Assembly (NCBI GenBank): GCA_028023455.1
Contig: JAQFVV010000003.1
Coordinates: 24,738,001 to 24,802,000 of the forward strand
DNA from: Epiperipatus broadwayi
Taxonomy: Eukaryota > Animalia > Onychophora
Length of the DNA stretch: 64,000 nt
Reading direction: 5' to 3'
Shown here: piece by piece, positions 41,401-53,400 of the stretch
Layout: each line of letters starts with the position of its first letter
Numbering within the stretch: position 1 is the first letter of the stretch
Position numbers and translations under genes: made by a program
The notes under the pieces: generated by a model
Database searches by the model: none
What the model was told of the DNA's origin: nothing
What the model saw: the letters and a program-made list of their open reading frames with translations, nothing else

Positions 41401-44400
41401 TGAGTTCAACCTCTAAGTGAATATTGTCTCTATGCATATAGGCCAGCAACACCTGAAGAAGAGTGGAGAATAATACTACTCGAAACATTGTGTAATTACT
41501 AACCTGTATTGTCTATTTGTGTGTTATTACTAACAAGTTGTTTGTATTTGGAAAGTTTAAATAAAGTTTAAAATTTTCAATAAATTCAACATTAACTTAT
41601 AGATGATGGAAATAGTCCAACATATCACATCTAAACCAATAGAATTTCTAAATTAATTAATAAAAGAATTTTAAAATGCACATTTTTCTGATGTTACACA
41701 AAGCAAATATTTGCATTTTAATTGCAGTCAGCTCTGTAAAAATAAATTTAATTTTTATTAAAAAATACATTTAATTTTCCTTTATTTTTTTTCTTCTGAA
41801 ATATTATTACTGGTGACAGGGGGATAGTCTAGAAACTTTCAAAATCTTAATCAGGTCCTGATTCTTCTAATAGTAAAAAAGAATTTTCTATTTATTTGTT
41901 TTTCCCAAGATAATTATTTATTCAAAATCATTTATAAAAAATAAAACATGAATATGATAAATGTGTTAGTGCATATCAAAGAGATTCAGTCTTTGCTATT
42001 TAAAGTTTTAATACATTCTGCCTGAATATTTTCCGCTTCTCAAACATCAAGATTGCTACTCATTAGAACTATTAATTCATAAAAGGGATTTGCCTAACAC
42101 AGACAGCATGAAGAAAAAAGCAGAATTGAAAATATGTTAGTCTAATTTTTCTACTACTATTATAAAAATAATGAAACTAAATACATAAAAATGAGCCAAA
42201 AACTATCCATTCTCTCATTATATTAACAATTTTTTGGCCACATTGTTTTATTAGCATTTTCCTTCTGAGATTGCTGTCTCCTGATCACTGCTATGCAGTT
42301 TTGAATGTGTTACATCAGTTCTAGTTTGAATGTGTGCAAGAAACAATAGATGTCTCATTTGTGATTTGCATGAAAGAAGATCAACATGCAGTGATTCATT
42401 TTTTGTGGTCTGAAGTTGTGTCTGGTGCTTGATATTTATTGATGACTTTGTGCACAATATGGAGAAAATATTTTGTCACAAAGAAATGTCTATGAATAGC
42501 TAAAAGTTAAAAAATAAACACAAGTGTCAGCCATAATGAAGGAATCAGACACATATCCACACTCATAATTGATAACAACATTGAGCATGCATGAGAACTA
42601 ATTCTGTTGGATAGATGAGTGATAGTGGATTATGTACAAATCATTTACAAATCAGCTATGACTCTGCCTATATAATAATCTATGACAGAGTTGGGTTTCA
42701 AAAAGTTTGTGTGAGATGGATATCAAAACAACTCATGAAAGAGCACACAGAAACATTTAGACATTTGCAAACAAAATTTGAATCAAAACTCTAATGAAGG
42801 TGAAGGTTTCTTTTAAAAAGCATTACTGGTGATGATTACTGGTAATAAATCATTATGAGCCTGAAAGTAAATAGCTGAAAATAAAACGAAAACCAATCGC
42901 TAACCAAGATAAAGTTCAAAAATCAACTATCAATTTAAAAATTGATGCTTATAGTTTTCTGGAATTCTCAAGTGCCATATTGGAACATTATCAGGAAAAA
43001 ATATCAACAATCAACAATATTTGCTACAGTGAGATACTCATTGAAGAGCTGAAGGTTAAAATTGCATAAAAATGCAGAACACTGCTATCTAAGGTCATTG
43101 TGTTGTTGCATGCCCACACATCACTTCCACACTGTTGATTCTCTCCAAATACTTTGTGTGTTGAAGCATCCTCTCTAAAGTCCTTATCTTGTCCAGCTAG
43201 ATTAGTACTTGTTTGGTTCCCTGAAAGAAGCTGTACAAGGATGAAGATTTGCCTCTAATGAAAAAGTGAATATAACAGTGCATCTCAGCCTAAAACATTT
43301 TTTAAAGAGGAAATATAAAAGCTTGTTGAGAGATGGACAAAATGTAGTAAAAATCAGGGAGATTATGTTGAAAATGATCTATTTATCTTTTGTGAAAGTT
43401 AATTAGAATAAATTCTACATCCAAAACCAGATAATTTTTGACTCACCCTCATCTAATACAGAGATGTCATACTTTTTTTTCTAATTTTTATTAGAATTGT
43501 ATCCAAAAAAGATTTTAAAATACTATTATTTCTTCAAACAAATCTTAATTTTAATTATTATCTTTTAATTACAGGTTGCTCCCTGGATGCATCCGTGCAT
43601 TTGCCACCTCAAACTCATAATTCAGTAACTTATAGTTCAAATATGTATTAAGTAAAAATTAAGTAAATTAAAAATTAGTAAAAAAAAAAAAAACACCAAA
43701 ATTTTAATTCAAATATTTTTTTTATTCAATATGCAATCATTGTTATTATTGCAATCGTAAAACAAGCCAAGAAAATGGCTGGCGATATTTTCTTCAGCCA
43801 AGTAAATGTAGTTCATCAATAATTTATTTATCATAAAAATGAAGAAGAATAAAAGTAATAAGTTTTATTTTTATTTTCTTAAATGAGAATATCTTAATAT
43901 ATATAACTTTTAAATTCTATCATCGATATGCATATACTGTTTATACATGCTAAATATACATATGAATGCGTAATTAAACATATATAACGTTCATTAAAAT
44001 ATCTGTGAATTTTGGTATATGCTAGAAGTCCCGGAAGCAAATGATGTGATATCATGTATCTTTTTATTAATAATGTGATTACATTTCTCATACATATATA
44101 TAAATCTTAATGATGTAAAGAGTTCATTAAAGTTATGATGTAATTCTAAATAATAAAATGACAGAATAAATAGCAATAAAAGACTATCACCAATAATGAT
44201 CAGTACTGTTACTTGGTTGTAGTCCGTATTTCACAGTTAACTCAGTCTTACTTTGGACAGAAAGTTAACACTTATACACACATATGTATGTAAATATAAT
44301 AATTCTAAATTCAAAAACTGTCCAAAACATTTCAATTACTCTTTTAAATATCTTTAATATTTTTTATTCTTATCTATTATCAGGGATAAACACTTTAATA

Positions 44401-47400
44401 TTTTTCACAAAGAATATGAATGTGTTATAAACATGAATGATTCATTATTTAGAATATTGTTTGTACTTTAAATTCAATTTGTAAGCATGTTATTTATTTA
44501 TTTAGCATCTTGATTTTTGATGTTTTTTTTTTAGATAACTTTATTAACAAAATATTACAAAGGAACTTATAGAGATTCCAACAGGATAGATTCATTAGTG
44601 ACTTTATTAAAATCTTTAATTCTGCCATTATGGTCATAGATTTGACAGTCATTTACTATGAGGTTTGTGGTTGAGCACATCTACATAAAGATCAGTACCT
44701 ACCATTTATGAAACAGATGAGCACAATGACTTGAGTATGCCAATAATATTTCTCATGGTAATATTTAATCAAGTATCCAGAAGTTTAGTATAGAAACTTT
44801 TTATCCAAGCAAAAACATAAAATTCATTAGCTAAATATTCCAAGAAGATTATTCCTATAAATACAATTTATCCAAACCACTTCGAACAATTTTTAGCAAA
44901 ACTCTTTATTTGTACATTTATAGGATATTACAGCAAAATAAAGAAAGTGTGATTTTGGTAAGATTATTCCTAGAAATTAATTGTGATGTAATCTTAGATA
45001 AGATAATAAGTTAGATTATGATCCATACTCCTAAATAGCAAAGATTGTGAATTTCAGTCTAATATTGCAAAAGATTATATTTAGATTGTTTTTCTTATTG
45101 TTTGGATTAAAAAATGAGCATACTGTCTTCACTGGATTAAGAATAAGATCTCATTCTTTGAAAAAGATCTTATTAAAAGGATTTTCTATTCCATGAATTT
45201 TTTTGAGAGCCAAACCAAGATCATCAGCACAGATGAATTTCCTGCATTCTGTTTCTAGAAGATCATTGATAAAAGTATATTAAAATAGTTGGGATAACTG
45301 AATCTGAAGAAAAATCATATTGTCTATCATTTAGTGTCATTTGAATTTTTCTATTGGATAGCATTTTGTCAAGTAAATTAATAATTTTCATTTAGACCAT
45401 TTTCCCAAATGGAAATCATAATCAGAGATTAGATTAATAAATCAGCACCAGTTTTAAATTTAATTTTGAAAGCCTCTTTTAATATTAAAAATAAAACTTG
45501 TTCATAGCTCCTAGCCTAAAACCAGCCCCTTCTAAGTAGATGGCTGTCAACTATTGGCAAAATTCTTTTTAATATAATTATTTTAAAAAGCTTGTATTGA
45601 AAACATAATGACATTGTTAATCCAAGACATGTATGGCTGCAACTTTGTGCTAGGGTTATGCTAAATAGGATAATTTAGATGTGAGAGTAGCTAGATATTT
45701 AATACATTTGACTCCCAAATAGGCATCAGTGATGGATTTATTATCAGCAATTTTATTTTTCAATCTCTAAGAATGAATTCATTACTATTTACAGTCATAG
45801 TAAGTAGACTCATTCATTTCAATATGTGAGAGATCTTGCGGATTAATAATATTTTCTCTTATCTATGTAACTCAGAAAAGTATTCAATTGCCTGTATTAA
45901 TAATAATTAGATACTTAGGAATATTCTCTTTATAGTTTAATGCAGTTGCCGAGTGATGAACTAAAGCTCAAAGTCCAAAAATCGCGTTGCCATCATTATT
46001 TTCGTTCTAGAATTTCTTCTGACCTCCCATCGCCCCAAACAATTAATCATTCGATTAATTTTATTAGAAACTATATATGTTAAATAAAATAACATTAACA
46101 ATGGATTATTGACGAAGACAAACTGTTTAAATCCAAATTATTGACTGCAGTGGTTAGAAAACTGAATGAAATCAACAAACTTTCTTTTTGGGGCAGGTCA
46201 CTTAATTAATAATATAATGTTAGCCATCTTTTTTTCTTTTTTTAAAAAAGAATAATGCTATCAACTCAGAAGCTTTACTTTTGATAAAAATCTTATATTC
46301 TAATAAAAGCTTTGCTTATCTAAAGTTTTAACGAAATTAAAAGAACAAAAATATTTTTCTCTGCACAATTTAAAATATAGTATTTTTTTTTTTTTAATCT
46401 TAATTTAGGTTTGATGACAGATATATAAAAGGAATTTTAAGAATTACTTTCAGCAGTTAAAAATATTACCACTGTAATAGCAAATTTATTTTTATGAAAA
46501 ACAGACTTATTACTTTAAAAAAAAAAAAACGGAAATGTAAGGAAAAGAAAAACGTTTTTCTAGTAAATTTTTTTTAAACCTATATTTTTAAATTATATAT
46601 TGCTTAAAATTTGTGCGAGTCGTAGTTTAGTTATAATTTTATTTTTATACACACGCATGCATGTTTTTATGTATACGTGTAGCTAGGCAAAGCATTATCA
46701 TATGTATTCGAATGGTATGCCGTTTGGGAGATCATGTATATTAGAACACTGAATATGATCGCCCGAGCAGTGAGATCCTAAATCTGCTATCTACTACTTC
46801 ACTAAACCATTGAACATCACACTTTTAAACGCAATTTATTTACAGGCATATCGTGAACCTTAATGAATCTTCTCCTATTGAGATGCATTGCGAGATTGCT
46901 GATATATAGACAACACATAAAAAAACAACAACCAATAAACACATAGCCCCGTTATGACCTTGACCCAGGATTTGTGCTGAATCTGTAACTATTTTCAAAT
47001 ACTTGAGAATTTCTAAGTTTGCTTTACATTTTTAACCTGTCACCCAATTATTGGCCACTACTTCGCTATTCTTACTAAGAGAGCCAAACAAAAAAGGAAA
47101 ACTATAAACTTTATCAGACGGTAGGTTAATAATTTTTATTAGTCATTCATTGGACAAGAGATTATCCACTTAACGAATAATATTTGATTAGCTTTGTGAG
47201 AATCGATTTCTCAGGAGGGGAATGAAGATGAATTGGTCTTTATCCAGGAAAAAGTTATTAAAAAAATATTTTCTATTTATCAATTTTCATGCAAATATAG
47301 TATTTAATATTAACAAACATTACAATTTTCTTATATAATATATTTTTTATTTAATTTTGGATTTAATTTGTCTTTGAATAATTTTAATTTTTTAACACAA

Positions 47401-50400
47401 AAATAAAATTCACATTTTACGTTGTTAGCCGAGAAATATGACATATGAAAAAAAAAAAAAAATTCACATTTTACAGTAAGCAAGTGAAATTCGTCTTTAA
47501 TCTGAAAATAAAAGAAGAGAGAGGAGGGGAAATCACTAAATCAGCTGAAAGAAAATTTGCAAGGGTTTTAAAAATAGGTTTCACTAAAGAATTAAAAGTA
47601 TGAAGAATTAATTGTTAAACTTTTATTTATTTATTATATAAAAATATATGTGATCTGAATGTATATATATCTTTAATATTTATTTAGTTTTCAGTAATAT
47701 ATAACTGTATATAGGTGAATTTAAAAGATTTTATAATAAGCAGGGTCATATATGAATTTATTTTTAAAATGGCAACATTGCTATCCAGAAGACAAAGCCA
47801 AGAAATCAAATTAATGGCAACTTGTAAAACTAATTTTTAAAGATCATATGAAGATTTGGTACTTGTATATTTTACTGTCTATCAAGCTTGGCCGCCACTT
47901 TTTTTATATATTATAAATATATAGTTTCAGAGGCAAAAAAGTTTTTCTCCAATTTTCTATTACTGAATATGTGTTAGTTCTTAAATTAAAAAAAAAAAGA
48001 AGGTATTTACATATTAGACCTGCAACATAGAAGACATGCTATGCATTTTCACATTCGTGATAAATGCCTAACCTTTTGATCCCATCAAATAAACCATGCG
48101 ATTTCATCCGATCTCTTCCAATAATGTGATAAATTTATACCTTCATTTATTGTCCAGACAAGTTCTTCTCAAAGTGTTCTTTACTTCAGTGCTGATTTAT
48201 TTTTCCATTTTCTGATTAATACAATTTAAAAAAAAAAACAGTACAAAAATTGTTGAAATTGATAAGAGCCTTTTGCACAAAAATATAAAAAACCAAGCAG
48301 GATGAATTCTTCCGGACCAGTGGATGTTTGATGGCTTGTGCAGAGAGACAAATGAGTGTTTCATAATGAGAATTCATGATAAAACAGCAGCAACTCTGAT
48401 GGAAGCTATCAAACAAACTGTGGAAGAGGAATCAACAATTTATTCGGACTGCTGGAAAGTCTATAAAACTGCTAATTACAAGCTGCCAGTTACCGACCAG
48501 TTTCATGTGAATAAAGTATCAAGTAAGTCTCCATTTTGAAAAAAAAAAATTACTTTAAGCCTCCATTTTGGAACAAAATTTTATCCACTTAAAATAAAGT
48601 AGAACAGACAAATAATTGTTTCATCATCATGATAATCCCTGTTATATATTACATGGTATGTATGTTTTCATTTTAAGGGTTTTGTAATTTCATGGCAAAT
48701 GTACACATAATATTTTAGATATAATATTTAGACATGCTAATATTTTAGATAAAGACATAGTACTACTTTATTTTTTTGCCAATTTTGCTTTAGTGATTGT
48801 TTTATAATTTCATGACAGTCTTAAATATCCATATTTGAAGTAATGTTTGAGAATTACATAATGCCATGTTGTGTTTAATATTTTTTGTGAGAAATTTATA
48901 TTTTTAATCTTGTTACAAATGTACTTTTTCAGATTTAGTCTGGTGCAGTTGGTGTCACATATTACAGCTGCTATGCCTTTTTGTATACATATTCAGACTG
49001 TCAATAACTTTGTAAATCTTGCAAAAATATCATGTACATATGTACAAGTTCCAGTGTATACATTATTTGGTCAGATCACAAGGTTAGAAAGTTATCAGTG
49101 GATTGATACGAATGTGAAAAGGCATAGCAGATGTAATATATTGCAGATCTAGTACATAAGTACTAAAAAAATAATAAATTGATTATAAATTCCATTTAGA
49201 AGCTTTATTTCATTTTTTCAATTATTTATATTGTAATGTCTGAACACTGTCATACTTTGATTTAATTCAGCATATTTCTTTATGCATGTAGAAACATTCA
49301 TATCTTTTTTAATTTTTCTATTAATAATGTTACTTAACAAAAAAAAAAAATTAAGTGTAAATATTATAATTAATTTTTGCAGATTTTTTAAATAACACTA
49401 ACTCAAGCATTTATCATAAATAAAAAAAAAAAAAGCTTGTTTAGAGCTATTAGCACGCTCTTAACTTTACATATTAGTAAGTGCAAGCTATATATAAGTC
49501 ATGTGACTTCTGACTTGTTACTATTACTAAATAACACTAAAAAAATAATTAAAATATTAAATATGACGTTTGTTTATCAGCCATTTTTATAAACATTTCT
49601 TATGCCCCTGAAACTGTATATTTATATAAATAAAGGCTACTATGCTTGATAGACAGTAAAACGCACAAGTATTGTATAATGATCCGGAGAAATAGTTAGC
49701 TTAATGTAATTTGCACTACAGGGCGCCATCTAGGCATTTGAACCTAGAAAAATTTATAAAGTAGGCAGATACATAAGTCAAAAAAAATAATTTTTTTTTT
49801 AATTTTAATAAATATATTTTGATATCCGGTCGTTAGCCCAAGTCACTAGCTCATTGGAATAGCATATATTTATATTCATAAAAAAAATTCTTATCTAAGA
49901 ATAATTTAAAAAAAGAATAAAATAAGCCACTGCCAGTAATTAACATACAAACATTTATTTACGCACATATATATATATATAAAATTTAACATTATTATTT
50001 TAGTATGTTTATTTTAGATTTTAATTTGATTTTATAATTTAAATTTGCATTTTAATTTTTATAATATTATAAGTTTACATTTTAATTAAGTTCGCACAGA
50101 TGGATTTATGAAAGTTTGTTTTATAATGTTGAGTATAGATCGGTTATATAGATTACACGGTTAAAAACATTTCAAAGTAAACATAAACGATCAAAATACA
50201 AAATCATTGATACCGTCAATTGCATAGGGAATACAAGAAACCCAATGGTGTTCATCATAAGACACCGCATTAACACCAATAACTTAAAAGACATCCGAAT
50301 AAATACATTTTAGATACTCACCATAAGGTATCATTATTTATCGAATGTCTATATATTTTGATCCAATATGAAAACCCAAAACATAATTAACCGATAACGA

Positions 50401-53400
50401 ATCCATGCAAGCGTCTATAAACAACTTAAATTTAATGTATTTTTATTTAGTGTTGAGTATGAATAGACTACATAGATTTGCATTTGAAGATAAAACATTC
50501 TAACCCCATTTAACCTTAGGCTAAAAGTTTGCAGTCAAACTGGTATCAATCCATCTGATATATTTATGTATTCAATGTAGCATGAAAATACGACAACACA
50601 AAATACTATACTGTCAGGAATATACATCTGAACAGTAAGTAGAGTTAGAGAAGACATTGTCTCTCTACCAACAGGAATGCTACATCTGTTGGCGAGTAGA
50701 ACAATAAACAAAAAACTCCATAGGAATGGATTGCGGTTCTTTGCCGACTTACAAACCCATCCATAGGCAGACAGAAGGTGTGTGGCGTATATATGCAATC
50801 CTGCCCATAGCGGATCTCATACTATATCTACTAACTACATTAATATATCCAATCCATTGACCCAATTCAACTATGATACAAATAACCTAAGATTACCCTC
50901 CCCTAATATAACTTTACAAATCTATATAGCCATTCACGCCTGACTTAAGTTTAACATTTATATATATTTAATTTATCGGAAAACAAAAATCATAAATAAA
51001 ACTTAAAGAACAAAAAAAAATAAATGGAAATGATTTACACAAAGGAAATACATCAAATAAAATTATAACTAATGAATAAATAATTCAGTTTGGTCAGATA
51101 AGATTCTATTTCTATAAATTAAATACTAGGAAAGTTTAAAATTTAAAGTTCTTAGTGTTTTCAAATTAATATTGTTCATTATATTTTATAAAGTTCTTAC
51201 AGTTTTAACACTTCCGTAGTTTTATCCGTTGCTTGCCATGAACATGAATTCCCATGCCGTCCTAAAGAGATTGGTTGAGTTAGCCGTTGTTTTTTATTTA
51301 TCCGGAGATCTTTTAGTTTAGTTGGTCCTCAATGTAGAAAATGATAGTTCATTTCTCTTTCTTTCTTAGCAGAATTGAAGGGATTGAAGAGTGCATCTTT
51401 TCAATCCCTTCTTCGACTCCGCACTAACACATATCTGTACTCTTGTAATAACTAATTAATTCTTTTATTTTCCAAACTTTTCCTTTTATATTAATTTTAA
51501 GGATCCAATGGACATTACGTCATCGATGATGATATGGTCCTTTCGCTGAGGTCCGATTCCAGTTTTTCATTCATTGGCTATTAGTTTCTATTGTTTTCCT
51601 ATCTGACCGATGCTTATACATTTAAATGCCCAAGGCTAGTTTACATTTGACTAATTAAATTAATCATTTCCATTTTTTCAATAACATTTTAATTTGTTTT
51701 GTACAAACTTAGATCAGTGGTCTTCAACCTTTTCACACCTGCGGACCGGCAAAAATAAGAATAAGATTTCACGGACCAGCAGAAGTTTACAGATAAATTT
51801 TCTTAAAGATGTAACCTGCTTAGCCTTAGATAAGCATAATTCTTATAACTGACCAAAACAGCATACTAGTTATTGTGTATTGTAATGGTGTTGCTTACCT
51901 TCACATGTTGAACACTCTTTCTCGAGTTGCGCAGTCATACTGCTACAGAAAACAAGTACAATAACAATCGTTCTCATTAATGTGCTTGCATTTTATATTT
52001 ATTATTTCATTGTTAAAATATGCAAGAATAAAATGTTATTCACCTAAATGTTGAAAAAGTCAAAAGTTTTGATCTTTTTTATTTTTATTTGGGGGAGGGG
52101 GGTTGAAAAATACTTTGTCATCACTGAGACAAAAGATAGACACCAAAGTTATTTTTTGTTTGTTTCTATTTTTTAAAAAAAGGTAACAGAAATTGGTTTT
52201 AAAAATAAAAGTTTTAGTATTTTAGCGATATACAAATAAAGCCAAAAAAAATATCGCCTTATAGGCCAAAAAAAAGTGGGCGTATTTTTAAACAAAAAAA
52301 AAAAAAGAAAACGAAACTTAAAAAAGTCAAAAGTTTTAAAAAATACTTTGTCATCACTGAGACAAAAGATAGACACCAAAGTTATTTTTTGTTTGTTTCT
52401 ATTTTTAAAAAAAGGTAACAGAAATTAGTTTTAAAAATAAAAGTTTTAGTATTTTAGCGATATACAAATAAAGCCAAAAAAAATATTGCCTTATAGGCCA
52501 AAAAAAAGTGGGCGTATTTTTAAACAAAAAAAAAGAAAACGAAACTTGAAAAAGTCAAAAGTTTTGATCTTACTTTATTTTGAGGTGGTGAGGGTGTAAA
52601 AGTTTGAGACAGAACTTATTTTTGGGTTTTTATTTTTAACAAAAGGTAATAAAAATTGATTTCAAAAATAAAGTTAAATCCCCCCAAAAAAAATCGTATA
52701 GCCAAAAAAAAAAACAACACTAAAAATGAAATATTAAAAGAGAGAGTAGAAAAAATTTAAGAGATCAAAAAAAGTCATGTTACATTTTATTATTTTAACA
52801 ATGCTGACAAGCGGCTGTGATTGGCTATCAAAAGACAACCGGGGGTTTGTATAATAAAAAACTTTTTTCTACCCCCCCCCCTACAAACGTCTGTGATAAA
52901 TAGAAAAACAAATTAATTTATATATGATTGATTAGATTTTGTTTTTGTTCTGTTTCTTTTTTTTAAATCGGGTAAAAATGCGATGAAAAAATAAATAAAA
53001 ATTGTTTATATTAATTAAAAGTTTAAAATCTTATTACTGTATTTTGTTATTATAAACTTTCTTCCCAGTCTAGCGCACGGACCTCCAGAAAAGTTCTGCG
53101 GCCCAGTGCCGGTCCGCGGCCCACTGGTTGAAGACCACTGACTTAGATATATTTTTATCTTTAATTCTTTACTGACAATTTAGTTTTAAAATACTTTTTC
53201 TTTTTTTTTTAATAAAGTTTTATTTTAATAATAATTTTTTTATTATTATCTGTGCGATTTTGTATATATTTGAGTTTAAGATGATTTTTTAATTTTCAAT
53301 TTTTAATTCTTAAAAAAGAAGTTTTTATTTGCGAACTTTTATTCTTTTAATGTTTACTAATAAAAAACAATGTAACGTACGTATGTGCCCGTTACAATTG

